Source of the DNA: Eubacteriales bacterium | GTDB lineage: Bacteria > Bacillota > Clostridia > Oscillospirales > CAG-272 | Assembly (NCBI GenBank): GCA_045129715.1 | Contig: JBGVKA010000068.1 | Coordinates: 1-35,633 of the forward strand | Direction: 5' to 3' | DNA length: 35,633 nt | Part shown: piece after piece, positions 1 to 7,632 of the stretch | How the letters are laid out: each line of letters starts with the position of its first letter | Numbering within the stretch: position 1 is the stretch's first letter | Notes under the pieces: model-generated | What the model saw: only the letters and a program-made list of their open reading frames with translations | What the model was told of the DNA's origin: nothing | Database searches by the model: none | Position numbers and translations under genes: made by a program

Positions 1-303
1 TATCGGAATCGAGTAAAGCTCGTTTCCGGCGTGTATAACGAGAACGTCCTCGTTTTCTGAGTTTTTGTAAGAATAAAGACCGTTGACCTTCTTTTTGCAA
101 TCGTATATTTTTCGGTAACCGGGAATGCTTTCGATCGTATTCGCACCGCCTCTGTCGTAATCGCGATACATATTTTCCGCATACGAGAGACGGTTAGGTG
201 ATATGCGCGAGCCGTTTTCGGAAAAATCAACGCCCTTGAAATCACTGTAGATAACGTTGTATTCCGATGCCGACGAATATTTTTTCGAGGAAGAATAACT
301 CAT
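1..303 (-). CDS. Phage structural protein, N-terminal 101 codons only (ORF open to the window edge)
   Basis: My own translation of the reverse complement of 1-303 gives MSYSSSKKYSSASEYNVIYSDFKGVDFSENGSRISPNRLSYAENMYRDYDRGGANTIESIPGYRKIYDCKKKVNGLYSYKNSENEDVLVIHAGNELYSIPI with no stop. Its ATG (303-301) overlaps the TGA (302-300) of the upstream gene as ATGA. It is absent from the supplied ORF track because it is truncated. Function is not recognised. Confidence 0.55.
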   Translation of the reverse strand, partial: MSYSSSKKYSSASEYNVIYSDFKGVDFSENGSRISPNRLSYAENMYRDYDRGGANTIESIPGYRKIYDCKKKVNGLYSYKNSENEDVLVIHAGNELYSIPI

Positions 304-851
304 GTTGCCCACCCCGTAACGTCGGTATAGGAATTATCCTGAGACGGCGAATAGGTCATCGAAATGCGCCTTGCCTCGCTTCTGTAAACGCTCATATAAG
401 TCTCTGCCTTTTCGGGATCGTCGTCGAGGTGTACGAAAAACGAGGTCAGAAGCGGTAAAAGGTGCTCCGCATAGGGAGGGATATCCACGCTCTTATCACC
501 GCCGTCCACGCTGACCTCCTCAGGCATCGGTCTATAGGTGATAACTACGTCTCCGACGAACTCGTCGGGAAGGGTTACAGAGAGTCCGTCACTGTAGGCA
601 CCGCGTATCAGTCCTCCGAGCGCATCCTTCGGCGGTGCACTTATCATCAGCGGACGGCTTACGTGATCGCTTAAGCTAAAGCTTTTCTCCGAGCCTTCGG
701 TAACGCGGATGCGTACTCTTTTTTGCGGTCCGATCTCGCCGAAGATCATTTTCAGTGCACGGTTAACGCTGAAAACGAATGCATTCTCAAGCCCCTCCGA
801 GCTATCAAAGCCAAGCGCGTAAACCTCCTTTAAAAGTTGATTTAATGTCAC
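300..851 (-). CDS. Putative head-tail connector/adaptor protein (183 aa)
   Basis: GTG start preceded by GAAAGGATAAAAAA. It sits immediately downstream of the capsid gene, and the N-terminus (MTLNQLLKEVYALGF...) resembles gp6-like head-tail adaptors. The functional call rests on position and size only. Confidence 0.5.
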   Translation of the reverse strand: MTLNQLLKEVYALGFDSSEGLENAFVFSVNRALKMIFGEIGPQKRVRIRVTEGSEKSFSLSDHVSRPLMISAPPKDALGGLIRGAYSDGLSVTLPDEFVGDVVITYRPMPEEVSVDGGDKSVDIPPYAEHLLPLLTSFFVHLDDDPEKAETYMSVYRSEARRISMTYSPSQDNSYTDVTGWAT

Positions 852-872
852 TTTTTTATCCTTTCTTTTTAA

Positions 873-906
873 CCGAGACCGTCACGGATAACCGTGGCGG
901 CCTCGG
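873..906 (-). other. GC-rich imperfect hairpin directly after the capsid gene
   Basis: Minus strand reads CCGAGGCCGCCACGG-ttat-CCGTGACGGTCTCGG, about 13 of 15 positions paired. No U-tract follows on the minus strand; a T-run follows on the plus strand only. Confidence 0.45.
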
Positions 907-920
907 AATTTTTTACGGAA

Positions 921-1976
921 TTAAAGCGCGCTTGCTCCCTCTACCGCGGTAGCACTGTCTACCGCAAGGAGTATGTGCTTGTAGGTTCCGAAGCCTACGC
1001 CGAAACGGCATCTTCCGCCCCATACGTAGTTACCGGTGTGGTGATCCACCCAGTTTGAAACGGTAAGGGGAACGCGGTTGAAGAACATATTGCCCGAGAG
1101 GTTCTTGTTTGCCTCGGAGGACATTATCATAACTCTGTCGTCCGCGGTCTGCCAGTTGGGCATAACGATGATGTTCCAATTGCCGTACTGAAGGTTTATG
1201 TCGTTGTAGCCGTTGCCGAGCGCACCCTCGGAGCCGCAAACCTTCTTTGCGACCGCCTCGGCTAAGGGACGGTTGCCGGGAAGAACGATGGTGTCCGCGG
1301 TGTAGCCGAGGACCTCACCGTTTTCGTCCTTCATATTACGGATCTTGACGGCAAGCTCGCTGAGTGCCTCCTCAAACGCACCGGTGCTTGCACGGCGGTT
1401 GTCGGCACCTGTGGAGAATACGTTGCCCCAGAAATAGTTGGACTGAGTGCCCTTGGAGTCACCGATGCCGTAGCTGTGCTCGGAGGCAAAGAGGGGAAGA
1501 CCGTCGGGGGCGGTGAGATCGAGCTTTGCCTTGGCAAAGGTACCGCTGAGCGAGGTACCGGAGCTGAGAGCGTACTCGCAGATCTTGTGCATGGTCTTGT
1601 AATAAGCGCGAGTGAAATTCTCGGCTCTGCGCTTTGCATCCTGAGCCACACCGTAGTTGGCATCCTCCATCATCTCTGCGGTGATGGTGAATTCCTTCAT
1701 AAACTGAATGTGCTCGATGAACTTGCGGTAGGTCTCGGAGATGGTGTCGTTTTCCGCACCGCTGCCCTCGGGTGCCGCACGGAATACGTCAAACTCGTTC
1801 TGACCGACGATGGTCTCGCCAAACTTTCCGCTGCGCTCAACGTTGAAGAGCCAGTCGCAAATGCCTCCCTTCTTGGTCTGCATATCGCTTTCGTGCTCGA
1901 TGACCATCTTGATGGGAGTTTCGAGCTTGCCTATCGCACTGTTTGCGAGGCCGGATGATTTAGAATAGATTATCAT
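921..1976 (-). CDS. Phage major capsid protein (351 aa)
   Basis: Size, position after the scaffold and before the connector, and a GAAAGGAAG RBS. The sequence resembles HK97-fold capsid proteins but is not assignable to a named family by eye. Confidence 0.7.
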   Translation of the reverse strand: MIIYSKSSGLANSAIGKLETPIKMVIEHESDMQTKKGGICDWLFNVERSGKFGETIVGQNEFDVFRAAPEGSGAENDTISETYRKFIEHIQFMKEFTITAEMMEDANYGVAQDAKRRAENFTRAYYKTMHKICEYALSSGTSLSGTFAKAKLDLTAPDGLPLFASEHSYGIGDSKGTQSNYFWGNVFSTGADNRRASTGAFEEALSELAVKIRNMKDENGEVLGYTADTIVLPGNRPLAEAVAKKVCGSEGALGNGYNDINLQYGNWNIIVMPNWQTADDRVMIMSSEANKNLSGNMFFNRVPLTVSNWVDHHTGNYVWGGRCRFGVGFGTYKHILLAVDSATAVEGASAL

Positions 1977-1999
1977 ATCGTTTTCTTCCTTTCGATCAA

Positions 2000-2404
2000 T
2001 TAAAATTTAACGGTAAGCTTGTCACCGATATCGGTTGCGCCCATAAGGTCCACTATAGTGGCAACGCCTGAGCCGGTGTTTGAGCTGACGGTTACGGCAC
2101 AGCCGTCCTCGTCGGTTGAGATAGTGACCTTTTCGCCAACCTTGAGGTCGGTGGGATCGTCGTCGACGGTGGTTTCGAAGAGCATATTGGAGTTGACCTC
2201 GTAAACGACCGCGAGATCTTCATCGTAGTTTGCGTTGCGGATCGCAACGTGGGTGGGCTTGGTCGTTGCGGCGCAGGGATAGAGAAGTCCCTCTTCGAGA
2301 ATGAGAGCCTCACCGATCTTTATCTCGATGCCTGCGGATTTTCCGAGGATCATGGGCTCGGGTACGTTTACACCCGAATTCTGAATTTTAATAAGCTTAA
2401 ACAT
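2000..2404 (-). CDS. Head-associated protein, possibly a decoration/cement protein (134 aa)
   Basis: Clean ORF between the scaffold and capsid genes with an RBS (AAAGGATAAAAA ATG). The predicted protein looks beta-rich and acidic. Function is inferred from position only, by analogy with the SPP1 gene order. Confidence 0.45.
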   Translation of the reverse strand: MFKLIKIQNSGVNVPEPMILGKSAGIEIKIGEALILEEGLLYPCAATTKPTHVAIRNANYDEDLAVVYEVNSNMLFETTVDDDPTDLKVGEKVTISTDEDGCAVTVSSNTGSGVATIVDLMGATDIGDKLTVKF

Positions 2405-2418
2405 TTTTTATCCTTTCT

Positions 2419-2907
2419 TTATCTTGAAACTTTTTTGTAGAGCTTCTGTATTTCTCTGTCGGAAAGACCCGAGAAAAGCTCTCTTGCCGCCTCAAGCTCG
2501 CTTGAGGAGAGTATGCCCGAGGGAGCGTTAGCACCCTTGGGGACGGAGCTTCTCAAATGGCTCCTGTTATCGTATCTGTGAATAGGCTCGTTCGTAGCCA
2601 TATACGCCTCACGGGGCGTTAATCCGAGATCTCTCAGCGCGGCGTAGCGGAACGGATTCTGAAGCTCCGTAATGCTTTCGATATCCTTTAAATGAGGGAA
2701 GAGAGTGCGAAGCTCCTCTAAATCCTGTTTTTCAATCTCGCCGTAATCGACGGCATCGGTCGAGCCGACCTCCTCGCTCTCATTTTCATCATCGGCACCG
2801 TTCGTTTCCTCGTAGTTAGCCGCAGCGGTGTCCACCGCCTCCTCAGGCGTGTCCGAGCCGACCGTCGAGCCGTTGACAGTCTCGGTGTTCTTTTCCAACT
2901 CTTCCAT
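2419..2907 (-). CDS. Putative scaffolding protein (162 aa, strongly acidic N-terminal half)
   Basis: It lies upstream of the capsid gene and has an acidic, helix-prone composition (EELEKN..., DDENESEE...). No prohead protease gene is present in the module. Confidence 0.55.
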   Translation of the reverse strand: MEELEKNTETVNGSTVGSDTPEEAVDTAAANYEETNGADDENESEEVGSTDAVDYGEIEKQDLEELRTLFPHLKDIESITELQNPFRYAALRDLGLTPREAYMATNEPIHRYDNRSHLRSSVPKGANAPSGILSSSELEAARELFSGLSDREIQKLYKKVSR

Positions 2908-2910
2908 ACC

Positions 2911-3042
2911 TTAACCTCTCTTTGCTCTTAAATCGTTTGCCGTGGTTTTGGTAGCCTTGGGCTCGTTTTCGCTTTGCTTTCTGGGTGCTTCGATCTTGCC
3001 GCCCTTGTTCGTTGCGTAGGGTGAATATTTAGTGTTTTTCAT
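2911..3042 (-). CDS. Small basic ORF (43 aa), not in the supplied ORF track
   Basis: Hand translation: MKNTKYSPYATNKGGKIEAPRKQSENEPKATKTTANDLRAKRG. The RBS is GAAAGGATAACCT-ATG. Its TAA stop is 3 nt from the scaffold ATG and the ORF fills an otherwise empty gap. Confidence 0.45.
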   Translation of the reverse strand: MKNTKYSPYATNKGGKIEAPRKQSENEPKATKTTANDLRAKRG

Positions 3043-3055
3043 AGGTTATCCTTTC

Positions 3056-3760
3056 TTATTTCTTTGCTTTTGATTTTACGTAGGTGTAGTATTCTCTTGC
3101 GCTCATTCCCGAATAGCTCGTTATTTGCTCGTCGGTCAGTGCACGGATAGCGTCGTAAACGATCTTGGCGCATTCGTCGTCAAGTCCGAGCGCACGGGCG
3201 TATTTCTTTGCCTCGTATGCACTGAGACGGTTCTTTTTTGAGAAGTTTATCGCCTTTACCGTGACGTTTTCCTTAGCCTTTTCAACGCCTGCCGTAGCGG
3301 TGGCGTGAGCAAGCTCCTTTGATACGCCGGCGTTTATTACCTCGGAATAAGCGTTCTCAAGGCTTAAATTGTTGTCCGTGCTTATCTTTTTGATAAGGCT
3401 CTCGGAAAGCTTCGTCTGCATAGCCTCGTAATCGGAAAGATACGCGGCGTAGCCTGAGCGGTCGGATGCCTCGTCACGCAGGAAATTCTCGTGCGCCGCC
3501 CCAACGTCCGCCCCGTACTCCGCACTTGCACGCGATCTGAGGTAATCCTCGTACCCCGAGGCGTTGAGTCCCGCATCCATCAAGCCGTCTGCCAGGGCTC
3601 CGTAGTCGGTATCCCGAAGCTTCTGCTTTACTGCGGCATCCTCAAGCGCGGCGCGGTATTTGTTCTTGGCGGACGAGCCGTTCTTGGAAACGTAGGTGGC
3701 GTAGCTGTCGGCAGCGTTTTTGTTAAAAAGATTTTTGCGCTTTTGTTCAAGTGAGCTCAT
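3056..3760 (-). CDS. Phage minor head / internal protein of unknown function (234 aa)
   Basis: ATG start overlaps the portal gene end by 14 nt. The position after the portal matches SPP1 gp7-like minor head proteins. No motif was recognised. Confidence 0.6.
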   Translation of the reverse strand: MSSLEQKRKNLFNKNAADSYATYVSKNGSSAKNKYRAALEDAAVKQKLRDTDYGALADGLMDAGLNASGYEDYLRSRASAEYGADVGAAHENFLRDEASDRSGYAAYLSDYEAMQTKLSESLIKKISTDNNLSLENAYSEVINAGVSKELAHATATAGVEKAKENVTVKAINFSKKNRLSAYEAKKYARALGLDDECAKIVYDAIRALTDEQITSYSGMSAREYYTYVKSKAKK

Positions 3761-5465
3761 CGTAGCTATCTCCCTTCTTCACGATCTCGGAGAAATATTC
3801 AACGTTTTCTCTTGCGTGAGGATAATGCGCTCGCTCCTGGCATTGCCAATAGCGGAGCAGGGTGTGAGGTGCCGAGGGATCTCCGAGCGTTCCCGATTTG
3901 AGATTTTCGAGATTCTTTTCCCAAAGTGCCTCTCTCTGATACTCGGTTCCGGCGTTATGGTCTACCGAGAACAAGTAGGAATCGTCGTATTTGAAGCTTC
4001 CGTCCGAGTTGTCGAATATCAAGAAATCGTAACGGTTAAAGCATTCGTTATGCACTCTGCCGTAAGCATCCTTGTAGGAAAGAACGCGGGGCTCGTCGGC
4101 AAACGCCAGATAGTGCTCGAAGATGATCTTGTCAAGCGCGGCGTAGGCGGCGTAGCGCATCTTTCTTTTCGATTCAAGACGTCCGCTTGCCTGCTGTATC
4201 CTGAGTCTTCTCGCAACGCCCGATTCGTTCGCGTATTCACCGATGCCCTGATAAGCGTCGGAAATACCGAGGATCCTTTTTGAATGGGTGTAAAGCCTTT
4301 CTGCCTCCTCGATATCCTGAGATATATCGGGCGTGGTGTCCACCTTTCCGTACTGTGACATGCTTTCGCCGGGCTTCATTTTGATAACTTGACCGAAAAC
4401 GGAATTGTTTACGTTGATGCTTGCATCCTCGGGAACGACGGGTGTGACTCCCGAGCGCAGGAGCTTCTGCAATATTCTGGACTCGATCTTGTTTATCGCC
4501 TGCTGCTCGGGGCGAATGTATTTACAGTCGGATTGACCGAAAAGACTGTTTTCCGCCGAGGTGTTTTTTCTTATGACGATAGGGAATGATCTCGGTGTGT
4601 AGTAAGGGACCTTGATAGGTCTGTCACCGGTCAGGCCGTTCGATATCTCCTCGTAGTCCACGTTGACGGTGGTGAAGCTTCTGTGACCGACACAGTTGCA
4701 CGCCGCCTCGTTCTGAAGACATCTTTTGCAAACTTTTGTTTTCCTTTTGTAGTAATTATCGATATCAAGGAGCACTAAGTCTCCCGAAAAAACGAACTGA
4801 CCGATACTGCCGTTTTCATCCTTATAGAAGCAAACTATAACGTTTACGGTATCGTCAAGCGCATCGTATTCGTTATCAACGCTCTCTTCAAGCAAGAAGG
4901 AGTCCTCGGCACTTATGCCGTATCTTCTGATGACCTCAGCGCGAGTAGTCGAGAAGGTCAAGAAGCAGTACTCCATATCCTCAACGGAGTAAACGTTGGG
5001 CTGGGGAATAAAGTTTCGCGGTGAGATACAGTGAACGCGCACGCCGCCCGTAACCTCTCCGAAATCCTTCGCGCTGTCCCATTCCACAAACCAGACGCTG
5101 CCGCCGTATATGTAGGTGTAGCGTTCGTCAAGATCGTTGAGCTCGCCAAAGGGAAGCCTTGAGCGAAGCGAACGGCAGAGCGTTTCGACCGCGTGTGCGG
5201 CGCGCTCCTTTTCTTCGGAATAAACCGCCGCATCGGTCTTCGGCTGAGGTATCTCCGAGGATACCTGGCTCTCGATGATCTCGTAGGTAATATTGCGTAT
5301 GGTCAAAGCGTTTTCCCGACTCCCGTCGATCTCGTAAGAACCGCGATACTGCGCCATGTTTTTGTCAAATTCGTCGAGTATATCGGAATATGCGTTTTTA
5401 GAGCTCTCGTAAAGGCATCTGTAGTGATCGAGCCTTCGTCTCTTATTTTTATTTACAGTGTTCAA
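3747..5465 (-). CDS. Phage portal protein (572 aa)
   Basis: Size and position immediately after terL. The TTG start is embedded in a TTGA overlap with the terL stop. It contains a CxxC-x7-CxC-xxH insertion at 4683-4730. Confidence 0.8.
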   Translation of the reverse strand: MNTVNKNKRRRLDHYRCLYESSKNAYSDILDEFDKNMAQYRGSYEIDGSRENALTIRNITYEIIESQVSSEIPQPKTDAAVYSEEKERAAHAVETLCRSLRSRLPFGELNDLDERYTYIYGGSVWFVEWDSAKDFGEVTGGVRVHCISPRNFIPQPNVYSVEDMEYCFLTFSTTRAEVIRRYGISAEDSFLLEESVDNEYDALDDTVNVIVCFYKDENGSIGQFVFSGDLVLLDIDNYYKRKTKVCKRCLQNEAACNCVGHRSFTTVNVDYEEISNGLTGDRPIKVPYYTPRSFPIVIRKNTSAENSLFGQSDCKYIRPEQQAINKIESRILQKLLRSGVTPVVPEDASINVNNSVFGQVIKMKPGESMSQYGKVDTTPDISQDIEEAERLYTHSKRILGISDAYQGIGEYANESGVARRLRIQQASGRLESKRKMRYAAYAALDKIIFEHYLAFADEPRVLSYKDAYGRVHNECFNRYDFLIFDNSDGSFKYDDSYLFSVDHNAGTEYQREALWEKNLENLKSGTLGDPSAPHTLLRYWQCQERAHYPHARENVEYFSEIVKKGDSYDELT

Positions 5466-6826
5466 ATTGGTTCTCCGTATTTTTGCTTAAGATATTTTTT
5501 CTCATTCTCGTCCGCCGAGTTGTAATCCTCCCACATATCGCGTGTCCACACCGTTTTTCTGAGCTTCGTTACGGTCTCTGCGGGGCGCGTGTAGAAGATA
5601 GCAAATCCGCGCAGAGCATCGGGGGCGTGCGTTAATTCGTGCGGCTCGTTTGAGCAATCCGAGGGCCTCAGCTTGTCTACGGTGAGCGCGGGCAGACAGC
5701 GTATGAGCTCGGTGCAGAAGGAGAATATCTTCAGCCTTGCACCGAGGTGCGTGTCGCACAAAAGCTCCTTTATCGCAAGCCAGCCGGTCTCTCTGTCGTT
5801 TGAGGTCTTCGTGAAAACGACTCCTCGCTCGGCAAAAAGACTTGCCTTGGTCTTGCCCGTTTCCTGAGTCCTTGAAAAAAGATCGGGAGGCGCAAGCGTT
5901 GCGTATATATCCTCGTTTTTCGGAGTTCTTTCCGTGATGCCCGTCGCCGCCGCGCCTATCGGGAGATTTGACTCGCAAAACTCTCGGTAAACGTAGGCAA
6001 CGCCGTCGGGCGAGACCGCGATCCAAAGGCAAACGAGTCGGTCAAGACCGTAGTCGATAGTGCGGTACCGTCTCCATGACGAAGGGATCTCGAAGGGCTC
6101 GCAAACGTGCGCTTTGTGATTGAATTCGCTGAAATACTGTCCCTCGAAAATGTTCCAATCACCGTAAAGAAGTGCCTTTCTCTCCCTTTCGGGCAGAGCC
6201 ATAAGTCTATCCTTATAATAGGGATCGGAGCTCATAAGAAAAGCGTTGTCATCGAGCAGGGAAGGGATAAAGATCCTTTTCATACCGTCCTCACCGATGA
6301 AGGCTTCTCCGTGTGGCGCGGGATCTATAAAACGCGCCTTTACCCAGCTGTGTCCAACACCACCCGGGTTGGTGGAGGACTTTATCTGCTTCGGGAATTC
6401 GTTTGCACCGCGGACTCGCGAGATGAGATAAACGTATTGCGCCTCTGTAAAGTGCGTGAGCTCGTCAAAGCGTATGCAGTCGTACTCGGCACTCTGATAC
6501 TGATAAACGTCGTTTTCGGTGGCGCAGTACCCGAAATCGATTATAGAACCGTTTTTTAATTTTCCGGTGTGATTTGACGAGTTGAAGGTGTATATTTCTC
6601 TCGGAAAAAGCGCGAGGCTCGTTCGTATGAGAGATTTTTCAAGCTCGGAGAAGGTCCTTCTCAGGATAAGCTGCTTCGAGCCGCGGTGCTTAAGAGCGAA
6701 GAGTAGCGCGTCAACCATTTGGCCGTATGATTTTCCGCCTCCTGCCGCACCGCCGAACAGCACCTCCGATTCGTCGGCATCGATAAAGAGCTTTTGCTTT
6801 TTCGTAACGGTAAGATCGAGCTTCAA
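5462..6826 (-). CDS. terL: Terminase large subunit (454 aa)
   Basis: Walker A GGAAGGGKS and Walker B-like IRFDELTHF, followed by a C-terminal nuclease-type region. The TTG start lies in a TTGA overlap with the terS stop. Confidence 0.9.
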   Translation of the reverse strand: MKLDLTVTKKQKLFIDADESEVLFGGAAGGGKSYGQMVDALLFALKHRGSKQLILRRTFSELEKSLIRTSLALFPREIYTFNSSNHTGKLKNGSIIDFGYCATENDVYQYQSAEYDCIRFDELTHFTEAQYVYLISRVRGANEFPKQIKSSTNPGGVGHSWVKARFIDPAPHGEAFIGEDGMKRIFIPSLLDDNAFLMSSDPYYKDRLMALPERERKALLYGDWNIFEGQYFSEFNHKAHVCEPFEIPSSWRRYRTIDYGLDRLVCLWIAVSPDGVAYVYREFCESNLPIGAAATGITERTPKNEDIYATLAPPDLFSRTQETGKTKASLFAERGVVFTKTSNDRETGWLAIKELLCDTHLGARLKIFSFCTELIRCLPALTVDKLRPSDCSNEPHELTHAPDALRGFAIFYTRPAETVTKLRKTVWTRDMWEDYNSADENEKKYLKQKYGEPI

Positions 6827-7197
6827 CCCTCCACCTTGACCGTTACCGCGAGAGTCTTGTCCTCGTCGTTTTCGTCCTCTTCGCCGAGCTCGATGCCCAG
6901 AATGAATTTTACGAACGACGGATCGTAGCGACGTGTCAATGCGCAGTCTGTAAGGTAATCCCTTCTGATTTCAATGCAGTCGCGCCACGCTCTGTCAAAT
7001 TCGGCGTGTCTTCTGTAGCTCTCAAGATCCTCAAGCGTCGTGCCTATGCTTCGTGCAAACTTTGAGAAGCTCGGCACCGAGGAGCAATCGTTTGCGGTGC
7101 TCACGAAATACGAGTACATCTGTCTTGGAAGCCCCTTGTCGTATTTGCTTTTCGTTTTCAAATTTAAAACGGTCCTTTCACAAGGCGCAGATTTCAC
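6823..7197 (-). CDS. terS: Terminase small subunit-like DNA-binding protein (start codon uncertain)
   Basis: HTH-like segment SFSKFARSIGTTLEDLESYRRHAEFDRAWRDCIEIRRDYL, typical of small terminases, and a position directly upstream of terL. The annotated GTG at 7197 has no SD. An in-frame TTG after GAAAGGA or the ATG at 7119 are alternative starts. Confidence 0.65.
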   Translation of the reverse strand: MKSAPCERTVLNLKTKSKYDKGLPRQMYSYFVSTANDCSSVPSFSKFARSIGTTLEDLESYRRHAEFDRAWRDCIEIRRDYLTDCALTRRYDPSFVKFILGIELGEEDENDEDKTLAVTVKVEG

Positions 7198-7198
7198 G

Positions 7199-7307
7199 GA
7201 TGAGATATCGATATGCGCTTACCGTAGCGGTTCTTCGCAAGGTGCTTGAACCGCCGTATCTCATCGGTGCTTTGGCGGTGGAGCTCTGTCGACCGAGCCT
7301 CTCCGCC
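7199..7307 (-). promoter_or_regulatory. Structured 5' leader of the phage head operon
   Basis: Hairpin A spans 7274-7307 (GGCGG...CCGCC with an inner GCTC/GAGC stem). A 9-bp outer stem GATGAGATA/TATCTCATC (7199-7207 with 7257-7265) encloses a 7-bp GCGGTTC/GAACCGC stem. Confidence 0.45.
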
Positions 7308-7323
7308 ATCGCCTTGCAAAACC

Positions 7324-7352
7324 ATTATAGCAACGAAAATGCGTCTTGTAAG
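7324..7352 (-). promoter_or_regulatory. SigA-type promoter for the phage head module
   Basis: Minus strand reads CTTACA-17 nt-TGcTATAAT, a perfect -10 with an extended TG. Confidence 0.55.
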
Positions 7353-7366
7353 TATACTCCGCTTCC

Positions 7367-7394
7367 AAAAAACAAGGGTTTTGCACACCCTGTT
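7367..7394 (-). terminator. Intrinsic terminator-like hairpin upstream of the phage promoter
   Basis: Minus strand reads ACAGGGT-gtgcaaa-ACCCTTGT followed by TTTTT. An A-run on the other side makes it potentially bidirectional. Confidence 0.4.
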
Positions 7395-7434
7395 TTTGTG
7401 CATTTTTCACTATGAAAATGGCCTAAAAAGGCAT

Positions 7435-7463
7435 AAAAAAAGACCCTATGTCCATAGGACATA
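7435..7463 (-). terminator. Intrinsic terminator downstream of the ABC-F gene
   Basis: Stem TATGTCC-ata-GGACATA. On the minus strand it is followed by gggtc + T7; on the plus strand a T6 follows 7 nt later. Confidence 0.5.
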
Positions 7464-7632
7464 AGGAAGATTTTTTGGACTTTGTCTAAAAAATGAAAAA
7501 TCTACATTTTTCCGTTCTCGGAATTTATCTCGATTTCGGTGTCGTTAAGAAAAAATCGCTCACGGAAAAAGAAAAAAAGGCCTCAGCGGAAAAGCGTTGC
7601 GCATTCTCCAAAAGAGACCTTTATATTAAATT

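Larger units (their letters stand above)
1..7352 (-). mobile_element. Phage-derived DNA-packaging and head-morphogenesis module (partial; continues past the window start)
   Basis: Ten co-directional, tightly packed or overlapping minus-strand ORFs in the canonical order terS-terL-portal-minor head-scaffold-capsid-connector. A promoter lies at 7324-7352. The right-hand neighbour is a housekeeping ABC-F gene. Confidence 0.8.

Noticed and set aside
7194-7403. A 69-aa minus-strand ORF upstream of terS, considered as a possible small regulator.
   Set aside because: Its start lies upstream of the predicted promoter and across a terminator-like hairpin. It has no RBS, and its sequence coincides with the structured leader.
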